Shown here one piece after another: positions 50,771 to 62,683 of a stretch of 64,000 bases of DNA; the stretch's first letter is position 1, and every line of letters begins with the position of its first letter. The position numbers and the translations under genes were made by a program. This DNA is from Leucoraja ocellata (Eukaryota). The notes beneath the pieces were generated by a model. It had not been told where the DNA came from, ran no database searches, and saw nothing but the letters and a program-made list of their open reading frames with translations. The stretch covers positions 434,001 to 498,000 of the forward strand of contig JAWMAR010000841.1 of the NCBI GenBank assembly GCA_036785375.1, read 5' to 3'.

Positions 50771-52274
50771 GCATTTATCTGTGGTCCTCCACAGGATCTG
50801 ATATTTCAATTCCTCGTCTATAGACCGAGCTTTGAAATCAGTGGAAGATCATGGATAATATATTTTCCCACTAAATGTAGCTGGAAAAGCTAAAGCATTT
50901 CTGAGTTAGTGAATATTTAAATGCAGGATGATATAATTGTTGCTAAGCAATATTCTGCCACTGAATTTTTAATTTTAACAACTTGGAAAGTTATTCCGTA
51001 GGAATTTAATTAGTGTCCAGAAATAATATAAGATGATGTTATTTGTTCTGTCTGTCCCTTTTATATCTCTATTAATTCCTTTGAATTTCCTCTCTATGCT
51101 TATTCGTTTAAATCTAATTTGTACTTCCTGGCTTACAAGTATAGGGTAGGAATTTGCCGTTGCTTGCACGGAATATATATGTCTATAGTTGTGGCTGCGT
51201 CTGAAATTTAGCTCCATTGATAAATTTCGAGCTTTGCATCTCAATGGGATTCATCATTTCATTAGTTTATAAAACACGTCTTTGCATGAACTGCTCTGAG
51301 GCACTGGAACAACAATGACTCACAAAGATGTCTTTCAAACACCCAGGGGAACACTAGGCAACTGTTTGCACAGTGAATATCAAGCACTGTGTCCTTGCTG
51401 ACCTGGAACTGCAGATGCTGCAATCTTCAGCAAATCACAAAGTGCTGGAGGAACTTGGTGGGTCAGACAACATCTGTGGGAGGGACGTTTCGTGTCAGGG
51501 TCCTACTTCAGATTGATTTTTTTTGGGGGGGGGGGGGGGGGTTCTTTGCTACTGACCACAAAATCCCTGCCAATTATCTTCATATCTTGATGTACATTTG
51601 CAATTTCTTGTATCACAATTACTGAACTTATTTTCTAATTTAGCCTTGTAACTGCAACCTGAATGTTAAGTTCGCCTGATATCATTTCCAGTTCCACAAG
51701 CTTGATCCACAATGCTCGAGGCTAACATTGAAAGAGACAATAAATAGTTCAGTCAGTCAATCAGCCTTAGTTTGGGAAGGGAACTACTATAATCAAATAC
51801 AGAATTATTTGTAGTCGTTTGAGGTTTCTTTAAGTTATGAATTATTTCCTACAATGGGCACACAATGACTGTTGTTCACTGATTGAATCATTGTTTCAAC
51901 AACCATTGTTCACTGATTGAACTTATTGAGATTCATCACAGGAGATAGACACAACTTGCTGGAGTAACTCAGCGGGTCAGGCAACATCTCTGGAGAAAAG
52001 GAATAGGTGAAGTTTTGGATTGGAACATTTCTTCAGACTCAAAGACAGACAAGGACAGAACAAAACAGGGCCGGCAACAGATGAGCTCAGGAAGGATAGA
52101 GTCCATAAAAGCCCATCGTTGGTGGGGAAGAAGTGCTAACGGCAGAGATACAAGGATGCGGACATTGAAACTAGTAGAACAACTAGGGCGATGGGGAAGG
52201 AATGACAGGAGAACCCGACTGATACAAAAGGCTCAAGTAGCTGTAGGTGAATTGAATGTGCATCACAGTTTTAC

Positions 52275-52373
52275 CTGCATAGCGAATACTTTTCCCGAAC
52301 ATTGCTGTCCAGAAGTAGGGCACCGTGTTAATCTCTACTCCTTTTCCCAAGATGTTGAGAGCAGCTATTCGAC
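52275..52373 (-). CDS. AIFM3: AIFM3 exon (G)RIAALNILGKGVEINTVPYFWTAMFGKSIRYA(G)
   Basis: 99 nt, cctcag|...|gtaaaa, phase 1/1. Contains the VPYFWT motif of the reductase C-terminal domain. Read directly; not in the ORF track. Confidence 0.96.
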
Positions 52374-53899
52374 CTGAGGGACATTGGGGAAATAGGAATT
52401 ACTGGTTAGTGTTTTGTAATGACACAGAGGACTTGCAGTTAAAGGATTTATTTGATGCCAATCTGGCTCAACATAACCGTAAACCAGAAGCAAAGAAGAG
52501 AGTCGTTTGGCATTTAGGCTCCATAGGAGATTCTGCCTACCTGTCCCCATTCAATACAGGTGACATAATCTTCCATTCAATTCTCCCTCATACGTACGTT
52601 TATCTTGATTTCTCTTAACTGCATCTATGTAATTTGCCTTGCGTTCTTACGACAGTGAATTCTAAATTCTATGTGCCTTCAGGGGTAAAGAAGATCCTCC
52701 TTTTTCCTTTTAGCCATAAATCTACAAGATACATTCTTCCATTAATTCAATCTAATTGGTCATGCAATCATTTCAAGTTTGGAAGTCCATGCTACTACTT
52801 AAAAAAACAAAAAACATTTTAACTTGTCTTTTCCATCTTTGAGTTCAGTTCCTTTGCTAGCACTATTGATGTCAGAGCACCAGACCTATAGTTCCACACA
52901 TTTGTTCAAATTCCTTTGTTAAAAATATTTTATTATTTTAATTTTTATTTTAACAGTAAATAAAATTAAAAAAAAATAAGAAGCTGTACATGAAATGTAA
53001 CGTCAATATATACTAGGTATCTACGGTACCATATTCCTGTACTTACTTCTAATAAAATAAAATTTAAAAAAAACAAAAAGAATAAAACAACTTTATATAG
53101 AAATCTACTAGCAGTCTGGCATGGATTTACCAGAACAGTTTCTTGATAGTGGATGATATCAATAGCAATACCGCCACTATTTATTTCCTGACTTTTGCTT
53201 GTAACATGCGCTGATACAATCCATCTTGTCCAGGGCTCTTATCCTTTTCAAGTCTAATTACTTTATCAATTACACCCCTACTTTCAAATTTAAATGACCA
53301 TCTTTCTTTTGGAATCATCTGTGATCCTCATTGCCCACCTTGTTAAACATCCAAGTGAACATTGTGGCAAATGGTCAATATTTCATTATCCTGATAGTGA
53401 ATGTTGCTTATATTCCCCTTGGTGATGCTATCCCTATCCCTAGTTTTCTTTTATTTATAAGTCTGTGGAATATTGCAACAAAGTCAATCACTAATCATAA
53501 TAATTTTCCATCAAACTCAGCAAGTTAAAATTCCTCCATGTTATACACTTGAGCTTAGAACTTATTGCTGCAAAAGCCACTTCCAATAACAAAGTACACT
53601 TACAATAACAGAGGGCAACTGTTTAGCAATAGAACTAAGTTCAGGGACAAGGCAAGTATGTCTGCTATTAGATCCAGGCATATTGGTAGGATAATATAGC
53701 TTTTAAGGGCATGACTGGTACGCAGCAAGGTAGCAACTTCCTACACACACGTCATTAAACTGTTGTTTACTTGCTCCTGCTGAGGCCATGCTGAATTTGA
53801 ACTTCCATATTGCTATATTCTGCAAACCAACCGTGTTAAAACAAAAGATGATTTCCTTTCTTCCAAACCCCAATAGTGCCATCAGAAAGTCCCACTTAC

Positions 53900-54017
53900 C
53901 ATGCACGTGGGCCATCTGCCAATGACCCACATTCACCTTCTTATTGTTGCGAAAGGCTAGTGGGAATGTGACAATGTCGCCGGCAGCAAACACCCCAGGC
54001 ATATTTGTCTGCATGAG
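53900..54017 (-). CDS. AIFM3: AIFM3 exon LMQTNMPGVFAAGDIVTFPLAFRNNKKVNVGHWQMAHVH(G)
   Basis: 118 nt, ttccag|...|gtaagt, phase 0/1. Contains the FAD-binding TxxPGVFAAGD motif. Confidence 0.97.
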
Positions 54018-54484
54018 CTGGAAGTATAAAAGACAACAAACCTTGGTGTCAAAATTTTCAGCTTCACACAGAGGTCCGCTAATTTTCGGAGGATATTTTT
54101 TTATAATACAGGGTACATTCAAGATGTGGACAGCACATGTGATAACTGTGGGTTTATTCAAAAGTTAGCAAAAATCAGTTGATTGACAAAGTGAGACCAA
54201 CCAGTTTATAGACTAATTATATGGTATGATCTTAATGTGGCTAACTACATGGAAGTCATATATGTACCCAAACCTTCAGAAGTGCAATTGTGAACTTTCT
54301 TGCAGTGCGTGTTACTTTCTTGTTGAAAAGGGGAAGCTGACAAAGCTCCAACTTGTTTGTGCACGGCTTCTTGACATTACCCCTTTCAGTCTTGCTCTCA
54401 TTTTGATGTCTTTTTGTTCTGCATTTTCCCACTGGAGAGAAACAGTGGCTACCATCACATTCCACGTCGGAGAACAGAAGGATA

Positions 54485-54825
54485 TGTCCCAAAGACATGC
54501 AGGTTTGTAGGCTAATAGCCTTTTGTAAATTGTCCATAGTATCTAGCATAGAAATAGTGTATGGTGATCATTAGTTGGCTGATTGGTAAAAAATACATCT
54601 ACTGATGCTCCTGAACACATCATCAGTGATGTAACCTGGGGTCATTGGATGTTTCTGGTCTTTCAACACCAGGCGACCCAGCCGTGGTTGATCAGGTATT
54701 GTGTTGTGTTCAGGTGGCATTCGCTCCTCCCCATGGACCTTCTCTCCTGATCCAGAGCCACCTCGTAGATTAAGTGGGCCAAAGAGGGTGTTTCCACGCT
54801 GTATCTCTAAACTAAACTTAACTAA
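54485..54825 (+). mobile_element. HE1-type SINE 3' half (host of the HERO-like insertion)
   Basis: cccaaagacatgcaggtttgtagg at the start, gtatctctaaactaaac at the end. Confidence 0.75.
54580..54763 (-). mobile_element. 3' end of a restriction-like-endonuclease non-LTR element (HERO-like), inserted in an HE1 SINE
   Basis: Minus strand encodes RWLWIRREGPWGGANAT-stop, then ggctgggtcgcctgg...aatgaccccaggttacatcactgatgatgtg. HE1 sequence resumes on both sides. Confidence 0.6.
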
Positions 54826-54848
54826 AAAAGGATTCCTTATCCCTAAGA

Positions 54849-55141
54849 CCTCCCCGTTGGATTGCAACCTTGTTGTGGTCAGGAGAGTTTGTGTGTCTCA
54901 GTGACCCCTAGAGCTATGTCAGCAGGAGATTCATCTCCTGTTAGGGTCTCCCATGCTGGACAGGTCGAAGGGTAGAGGCGAAACAAAGAGCGATCCACTG
55001 GTCCTCCAGGTTGGAGGTTGAGCACAGGGCTAACAACCCTGTCTCGTAAAACAAATATGTTACGGAACGAGCAACTGAAAGAATCGACAAGGAGTGGAGG
55101 ACCTTCGTTGCTGCCAGGAGGCATAATAGGCAGTAGGTAAG
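54849..55141 (+). mobile_element. Full-length RTE-derived non-autonomous element (5'UTR joined to 3' end), 11-bp TSD
   Basis: TSD TATCCCTAAGA at 54838-54848 and 55142-55152. The 5' part resembles RTE/BovB-type 5'UTRs (ccttgttgtggt..., gggctaacaaccctgtctcgtaaaac). The 3' part reads WRTFVAA, then a gtaggtaag tail. Confidence 0.75.
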
Positions 55142-55209
55142 TATCCCTAAGATATTATGTCCTGTAATCCTTGAGTTTCACTGTAATCCGAGTCTCCTGT
55201 ACACATTAC

Positions 55210-55286
55210 CTTGTTGACGGGAAGAAAGCCCTTAGAATCCATATTGATTCCACTCTGCTTGAGGAATAATGTAGCTGGTACAACCC
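55210..55286 (-). CDS. AIFM3: AIFM3 exon (G)VVPATLFLKQSGINMDSKGFLPVNK
   Basis: 77 nt, ctgtag|...|gtaatg, phase 1/0. Confidence 0.96.
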
Positions 55287-55524
55287 CTACAGCAAAAGAA
55301 GAAGAATGATCCAGGGTGAACCAACAGATAAACTGATGCAGTTCACAACAAATAGCCATTGCAAGATGTAAAACTGTTTTTTATTTTTTTTGACCGATTT
55401 TGCCCCTTCACCTCTTTTCTTAATAGTCAAAGGGAAAGACAGCACACAATGAGGTCAATCCTTTCCACCACCATCTTCCTGGACTAACTGTGAAATGGTC
55501 GGCCAGAACAAAGCCCTCCCTTAC

Positions 55525-55935
55525 AGATAGATAGATAGAATCTTTATTTGCCACATGACCAGGGTTGGTGGTATGTGGGTTTGGTACATGATGGTACACT
55601 GCTTTAGTCACATTAACACTAATAACAACACAGATCACAGTAATAAAGGGCATCCATACCACATCACAAATCACAAATCTCAACAATACATAGTGCAAAA
55701 GAACAGACAAAGACCATAGACAAGACAGTGTATACATCAAAAGTCCTTAATATTGACTGTTATTGGAGGGAATTGAGTGTTCTTATTGCTGAGGGGAAGA
55801 AACTGTTTTAAAAGCGGGTGGATTTTGTAGCAAGTGACCCGAGGCGCCTCCCTGAAGGGAGAGACTGGAAAAGGTGGTTTGCTGGATGGGAGGGGTCCGA
55901 GATGATCTTTATTGCCCGTTTTGAGGTACGTTGGA
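55525..55935 (-). mobile_element. Rex1/Babar-type LINE 3' end with a (TATC)n tail
   Basis: Minus strand reads KIISDPSHPANHLFQSLPSGRR...NSFFPSAI, then aataaa-gattc-(tatc)n. Confidence 0.8.
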
Positions 55936-55954
55936 GGTAAATGGAATGGATTGA

Positions 55955-56265
55955 GGGAGTGGGAGTCTAGGACCAGCAGTGGGAGTCGAGGACCAGAGGA
56001 CACAACCTTGGAATAGTAGAATGTACCATTAGAATGGAGACGAGGAGAAATGTATTTAGCCAGAGGGTGATGAATCTGTGGAACTATTGGCTGTGAATGC
56101 CAAGTCATTGAATATTTTAAAGTGGAGATTGATAGGTTCTTGATTAGTAAGGGAACCAAAGGTGACATGGTGAAGGCAACATAATAGAGTTGAAGGGAGA
56201 AATAGATCAGCCATGATCAGATTTGATGGGCTGAATGGCCTAATTTTGCTCCTAGGTTTTATGAC
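55955..56265 (+). mobile_element. CR1/HER1-type LINE 3' end
   Basis: gagtctaggaccag...gatgaatctgtggaac through the tail aatggcctaattttgctcct. Confidence 0.85.
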
Positions 56266-56680
56266 CTTCATCCCACTCCATTTCAGTTGGGTAATTTCAT
56301 CATAATCCATTGGGCATGAAAATAATAGGATTAGCTCAGCCAAGTGTTTTAGTTTCATTTATGTAAATAGAGAATAATATGACTGGTTAGTGAGGGTCAT
56401 TAACTGATCACAATTGTTTCTATTGGCAGGTTAAGACAAAACACCACCTTGGTTTCATGTGGAATGTTGTTAACTAGCTCGGGTCCCCGGAGGAGCTCAG
56501 TGCATTTTCATCATGAAAGAGGTGACCTTGTGGAGTTTCCTGAACCTATAAACTCAGGTCTACACGCAGCTCATAGCGTAGCCACAGAGAAAGGGAATGT
56601 CCTCATTGTCACTCAAAGCTAAAGAAACATCTCTGGCACTGAGAAACTAACTGGCCATCAATTCTGAAGATCACCCTTAC

Positions 56681-56744
56681 CAATTCCAACCACACAAACA
56701 TCTGCTCGAAGGATTTTTCCACTTTTCAGGACAACTTCTTTCAC
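56681..56744 (-). CDS. AIFM3: AIFM3 exon VKEVVLKSGKILRADVCVVGI(G)
   Basis: 64 nt, ttttaatgaag|...|gtaagg, phase 0/1. Confidence 0.95.
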
Positions 56745-56889
56745 CTTCATTAAAATAAAACAGAACGTGTCAGTACTTGTACGATTTCTATAGTAAGTCC
56801 TATCTCTTCCAAGGTGAAGCTTGTGTGTTGGGAGTATCGGGTTCTTACTTTTTTTTTCACTATTCAAATTTTTCTGAGTCTTCTCTTGG

Positions 56890-57190
56890 TCCTGTACTCG
56901 CTGGAATTTAGAAGGATGAGGAGGCATCTCATTGACACCTCCCGGATTATGAAAGGCCCCCGATAAGAGCGGATGGGGGGGAGAGGATGTTTCAGTGGTG
57001 GGAGTCTAGGACCAGAGGACACAACCTTGGAATAGTAGAATGTACCATTAGAATAGAGATGAGGAGAAATTTATTTAGGCAGAGGGTGATGAATCTGTGG
57101 AACTATTGCCACAGACGGCTGTGAATGAAAAGTCATTGAATATTTTTAAAGTGGAGATTGATAGGTTCTTGATTAGTAAGGGAACCAAAA
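56890..57190 (+). mobile_element. CR1/HER1-type LINE fragment
   Basis: ctgtactcgctggaatttagaaggatgag start. Shares private variants with 55979-56160. Confidence 0.85.
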
Positions 57191-57553
57191 CGTGTGCCTT
57201 CCACATCTCTTACCATTTTACATATTGTTCTCCATTTGAGGCCTGCACACAATTGCCTAATATTGCTCTTGAAGCATCTCATTCATAATTGCTTCTTCCT
57301 TAAGATGCTAAACTTTCTCTGCTACTTTCCAATAATGCCAAGCTTACATGACCACTTCCCAGCTAAGATTGGGAATGCAGTCCCATGTCTATGGTGTAAA
57401 CCTTGATGCTCCATTTTATGCTTCGAGTCCACCAAAGACTTTTTGTTTATCTAACCCTAGCTTACAATACAAAGCCATCTCACATATCACTGTGAGTAGG
57501 CATGAATGAAGTGTAAAATATTCAGAGAACCCGCTTATAAGTTGCTTTTGTAC

Positions 57554-57625
57554 CTTTCCATCCTGACCTCGCAGCTCGGAGACCTCATTCTGCAGGTAGA
57601 ATTTCACACGATTGGTCTCAAACAT
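57554..57625 (-). CDS. AIFM3: AIFM3 exon MFETNRVKFYLQNEVSELRGQDGK
   Basis: 72 nt, gttcag|...|gtacaa, phase 0/0. Confidence 0.96.
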
Positions 57626-58561
57626 CTGAACATGGGAAAGAAAATGATCAGTCCTCTCCTCACATCGGTGCTTGTAACACAAACAGACAACCCAGACCCA
57701 CTAATTGAAAGAGTACCATAGGACTTTAAAGGTGAGTTTCTATTGGAATCTAAGAACAGCGTAAAATATACTTTGACAAAGAAAATTAACTGTTCGCTTC
57801 TTTGCGCACTGTCTGTTGGAGGTTTTACATGAAGGATGATGTTTAGCAGGATGATGACTATGTGGATTATTAAACATTATTCCCTCCATTTCTGGGACAG
57901 TTTTGTGTCAAGACTGAAAGAAAATGTTACAATTTATACAGCTCCTTTCCCAGTCTCAGAATCTCAGAGCGTTTTTCGAGTCATTGGACTATTCCTGAAG
58001 TGTTCTGCACCAGAATTTTCTTGCAAAGCCATCTGGTATGAAACATAATGCGTAATTCGCTTTTAACATTTCTTTAAATAGCAGTGTGATTATGGCTTGA
58101 TAAAACTGTTTTGGTTGGACAAATATATATTGACCGAGGAGTGAGTGCAATAAGATCATTTAAACCCTATCCAGGAGAAAGATCAATGTTTCAAGTTTCC
58201 GTCTGAATGAAGCAACTTTGAGAACAGTAATCACCATCATTGCATTGAACTTCTTGAATAGTGCACTGAATAGTTGGACTTGAACTCGCCGATTCAGACG
58301 ACGTTCTTGTTACCGTGTCTGTTTATGTTGATGCCATTTTAATTCAATTCAAATTATAAAAACAAGCAGCGGAGAATAATGTAACTTTTGAACCCGTTTT
58401 AGGCCAGTCTGTCAATATGTTTTTCAATGCTGTAGATTTCCTTTGTCCCACTTCTCACTTGATCAGTCCCTGTCCATTTAACATCTCTCTTCAAAAAACA
58501 AAGCAGTCCAACTCACTCGACATGTCAGCCCTTTATCACTCTCTCGATTTCCCTCACTTAC

Positions 58562-58677
58562 TTTCATTATGGATTGTCCGACCTTCTCTCCCAGCACCTT
58601 TCTGAAAGGGATATTTTCAATGCCAATGACAGACACCGAGTGGGATTTATCAGTGAGGTATGCAGCTACTTCCATGC
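58562..58677 (-). CDS. AIFM3: AIFM3 exon (G)MEVAAYLTDKSHSVSVIGIENIPFRKVLGEKVGQSIMK
   Basis: 116 nt, ctgcag|...|gtaagt, phase 1/0. Strong similarity to AIFM3 MEVAAYLTEKAHSVSVV. Confidence 0.97.
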
Positions 58678-59911
58678 CTGCAGAAAACAAATCAATGCCC
58701 AATTCAGTTTTTGCTCTCATCCTCCGGCAAAACTGTTACTTTCTAAAATATTATTTAATTTAATAACGGGGGTATGGGTGTCACCAGCATTTAGATTCAC
58801 AGAGTTATTCGGCATGGGAACAATTATTTTGTAATTGTGCAAACCTCTACAACTTTCCCTTGGTAGTTTGTCCCATAGATCCACCATCCACTGGGTGTGC
58901 CTTAAGTCCCTTTTAATTTCAATAGGCAGGGGGTTGAACGGATACCACAGGTAGACGGAATTGCAGAGTTGTGTTTACACCAGATAATACACAAGACCAT
59001 ATCAAACCACACAGCAGGCTCAAGAGGCCAGGTGGACTATTCCTGCTCTTATATTTGTATACTTATATGTCCACAGCATCTGGCTTGCTCGTTATTTATG
59101 TAACTTTTCCAATTAAGTTTCCTAGCAATGATGATTTCCAGTGGACTGATGATGGTGAATTTCTATTGAAAACCAAATCTGCAGTGAGCTGCGTTTTGTC
59201 AGACATTTTGATAATATATGAAGTTTGAGCTGTTAATATATCTCCGTGATTAATGTGGATTCACACAAAGTACGAAACATTGACGTTGCTGCTGCAAATG
59301 GGATTCAATATTTATACTTGGGGAATGAATCTGCATTTCATCGTTGCTGTACTTGACCGGAGAGAGAAATAAATCATTATTGAACTACTTCAGGGGGGGG
59401 GGGGTAACTGGAAGGAGCTTTACACTGAGCACGTGCAGGGTACGTTCAATTATTTTCTTTCTGAGCTGACGCAAGGAATGTCACTTTGTCTCAAACTTTT
59501 TATTTGAAGAGCATATACTAATCAAGCATGTCTTTTGACAGAAAAAACAGAAAATGCTATAAATACTGATCATGTCGGGCAACATCTGGAGAGAGAGAAA
59601 CAACTTTGTTAGACTTGAAACATTAAGTCTGTTTCTCTGTCCTCCAACGCCAAGTGATCTGCTGTGTGTTCCTAGCATTTTGGATATTAATTTCAGACTT
59701 CCAGCATCAGCAGCCTTTATGATTTATATTTGGGCTGTGTTACTATTAATTGCTAATGTCAGAAGTGCAAACTTATCTTGTAAGTACCTGTACTGAGCTT
59801 GAAAAGATTATGCATCCATCCAAAAGTTAAGTCACGGACTTTAGTATTTCTGAATGAATTCTACGCTTCTTATTCCTAGGTTGCACATTAAGAAAGTTCA
59901 GTAAGCTGTAC

Positions 59912-60042
59912 CTATAAAAGAAGCTCCAACTATCACAGCGTTCCTGTCGTTGGCCAGTTTGGCAATGCAGTTTGCATCCTCTGGCGTCCTGAGCTGATAC
60001 ACATTCTCTAAATCCGCACCTTGGCACTGAAGTGGTTTAGGC
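59912..60042 (-). CDS. AIFM3: AIFM3 exon (R)PKPLQCQGADLENVYQLRTPEDANCIAKLANDRNAVIVGASFI(G)
   Basis: 131 nt, tttcag|...|gtacag, phase 2/1. Contains LRTPEDAN and the start of the NAD(H)-binding Rossmann motif. Confidence 0.96.
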
Positions 60043-60714
60043 CTGAAATGCAAGGAGTGAAATCTTGATGATGAAGTCCTTTGAAAGTAGGCTGTTAACA
60101 TTTCCATCTCCTCCTTTCCCCTCAGCCCAGTTTGAAGGATAGAATATACTAAAGTAAGCACAATGGGTGTATTGTACACTCCGTTTGTACACTCATGGGT
60201 GATGTGCAGCATTTCTCTGTGAGACAAGTGCCGGATTGCAAACAATGTTCATCACTTACTGGAAAAGTTTAAAACATTTCAAATCCACTATAATTTGAGT
60301 GTGTACATACCTTAAAGAACTATCTGTATCATGCGGGATAACTTTGATACCATTTAGTGTATTCGCGGTTGCTGTTGAGTGTAGTTTGCCTTCAACGAAG
60401 GACGTTTGACCTTTGTTACTTGCCGTACTGAATGGCAGTATAGAAGAATCTATAACTATTACGTAGGTGATGAGTCTGGGATGTCGCTGCTCTGCTTGTT
60501 GCAAGCAAGTCAGGTGTGAAATAAGAGAGAATGGGATTCTCTGGGTTGAGTGTTGTAATATACCATCATTACAATGGTACGGGATGGATATACGAGTTGG
60601 GAAGGTATGAGCAGTCAGACATTTGATCCATACATAGAATGGCGCAAGAGTTCCTGAAAAAAAATTATATAATTGGGGCGGGGAGGACAAAGAACTTTGC
60701 AGTGTGGCCATACA

Positions 60715-61238
60715 TGAAACATAGAAACATAGAAATTAGGTGCAGGAGTAGGCCATTCGGCCCTTCGAGCCTGCACCTCCATTCAATATGATCATGGCTG
60801 ATCATCCAACTCAGTATCCCGTACCTGCCTTCTCTCCATACCCCCTGATCCCCTTAGCCACAAGGGCCACATCTAACTCCCTCTTAAATATAGCCAATCA
60901 ACTGGCCTCAACTACCCTCTGTGGCAGAGAGTTCCAGAGATTCACCACTCTCTGTGTGAAAAAAGTTCTTCTCATCTCGGTTTTAAAGGATTTCCCCCTT
61001 ATCCTTCAGCTGTGACCCCTTATCCTGGACTTCCCTAACATCGGGAACAATCTTCCTGCATCTAGCCTGTCCAACCCCTTAAGAATTTTGTACGTTTCTA
61101 TAAGATCCCCTCTCAATCTCCTAAATTCTAGAGAGTATAAACCAAGTCTATCCAGTCTTTCTTCATAAGACAGTCCTGACATCCCAGGAATCAGTCTGGT
61201 GAACCGTCTCTGCACTCCCTCTATGGCAATAATGTCCT
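60715..61238 (-). mobile_element. Young CR1/HER1 LINE 3' end, ~520 bp
   Basis: QRRFTRLIPGMSGLSYEERLDRLGLYSLEFRRLRGDLIETYKILKGLDRLD, with a (tttctatg)n tail. Confidence 0.95.
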
Positions 61239-61257
61239 TAGAAAGAGGTTCATACTA

Positions 61258-61384
61258 TGTGTAGGAAAGAACTGCAGATGCTGGTTTAAATCTGGAGAAG
61301 GGTCTCGCCCTGAAACGTCACCCATTCCTTCTCTCCAGAGATGCTGCCCATCCCGCTGAGTAACTCCAGCATTTTGTGCCTACC
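61258..61384 (+). mobile_element. Hammerhead-bearing family copy
   Basis: CTGGAGA-A-GGGTCTCGCCCT-GAAAC-GTC-ACCC at 61292-61323, followed by ccagagatgctgcc...ctccagcattttgtg. Confidence 0.7.
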
Positions 61385-61674
61385 AAGTGTTCTTACTACT
61401 ATGATTAAAGCAAGAGAAATTCAACATCCTAACACATTTATGAAAGAATGTCCCCCTGGACAGAGCTTCTTATGAGGACATTGTAAGCATTTTTAATCCA
61501 TTGCCTTCAGAGATTTCCATGAGTTACACATTTAGTTCATGAAATCAGGGACCATCTTGGGCAGTTGGGACATATGTTGATAGGTGAAGACATTGGTCAA
61601 AAGGTGCAACTTTCGGTGCATTTTAGACCTGGTGCTGCCGGATTAAGAGAATTCAAGAAAAACTAATCTGAGGA

Positions 61675-61865
61675 AACGCTGGAAATGCTCAACAGGTCAG
61701 TCAGCATCTGTGGAAAGAGAAGCAGAGTTTACCCGTCAGGCTGAAGACGTCATCAGATCTTGAACCTGAAATATTAGCCGTCTTTCTTTCCACAGATGCT
61801 GTCTGACCCGTTTGGGATTTCCAGTATTATCTGCTTTGATCTCAGATTTCCAGCATCTAGAGTTT
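61675..61865. repeat. Older palindromic repeat (cagcatctgtgga...tccacagatgctg arms); relics at ~8920-8990, 17750-17900, 18045-18185 and 59540-59712
   Basis: Inverted arms. cctgaaatattag resembles a decayed GAAACGTT hammerhead half. Confidence 0.55.
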
Positions 61866-62591
61866 TTTGGATTTTCATAACTTTTTAATACACTGGATAT
61901 GACGTCTGAGGGAGTGCACACAATAGCCATACACATGGACAGCATGTTGAAGGATGTGCAAAGGATTTCCGTAGGCTATGCCCTGAGACACAGCAACAAG
62001 CCCCTATACTGTAGATGGCAACAGCGATATTGTTTTCCCCTTGGCAGTCCATGGATCTATTAGATGCTCTATATTTAGTGGTGTTGCATGAGGGCAGAGA
62101 ATTTGTTCTTTTTGATAATGCCACGGAATCTTTACCATTCTGTTAAACAGGCAGCTAGGAGTTTGATTGAATAGTTCAGTGAATGAGCCTGATAGAGTGT
62201 GGCATCTTCTTCTTATCGAGTGTCCACACACAAGATTAGAAGCTGCTCAGCCAGAGCTGAACACACGTCTCTGCATCTGCATGCAATGGTGTCTGTCTTG
62301 TCGCATGTTGCGCGTGGTGGGGGAAAGATTGGTGGAGACAGGGCCGCGATGCGATTGCTCTTTCCTTGACCCCAAGTGTGGCATTGGGCCATGGGAAGAG
62401 TTCTGAAAAGCCTAAACTCCTCCCGTCAGAGTGAGCAAGTATTATGGACAGAATGACCCTGACACTAGAGTCCAGGAAGGGGCTGTGCCAGACTTCTATA
62501 ATCAATCTCCCCACTAACTACCCCACCGCCACCCCCATTATCCCCTGGTTTCACAAGAACCCGAAACGATGCAAAGCCAACTGCTGGTCAC

Positions 62592-62683
62592 CTGCTCCCT
62601 GTTGCAATCAGCAAATTGTTATACTCCATCTTGAGACCATCCTTAAAGTGGACCACCTTATTCTTTACATCCACTGAGACCAC
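62592..62683 (-). CDS. AIFM3: AIFM3 exon VVSVDVKNKVVHFKDGLKMEYNNLLIATGS
   Basis: 92 nt, ttgcag|...|gtgacc, phase 0/2. Contains the LLIATG motif of pyridine nucleotide-disulfide oxidoreductases. Confidence 0.95.

Noticed and set aside
51868-51921. 16-bp direct repeat ttgttcactgattgaa, two copies
   Set aside because: Simple local duplication with no further structure.
54595-54630. CTGATGA on the minus strand of the HERO-like fragment as a hammerhead
   Set aside because: No GAAA box follows a stem II.
59912-59930. GASFIG instead of GxGxxG in the NAD-binding motif as a sign of inactivation
   Set aside because: As I recall, GxSFIG is common in AIF-like/AIFM3 proteins outside mammals, and the reading frame is otherwise intact.
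60256-60711. 151-aa minus-strand ORF in an AIFM3 intron (likewise 25228-25659 and 46719-47105)
   Set aside because: No motif or splice support, composition typical of non-coding DNA, and the AIFM3 exon chain is complete without it.
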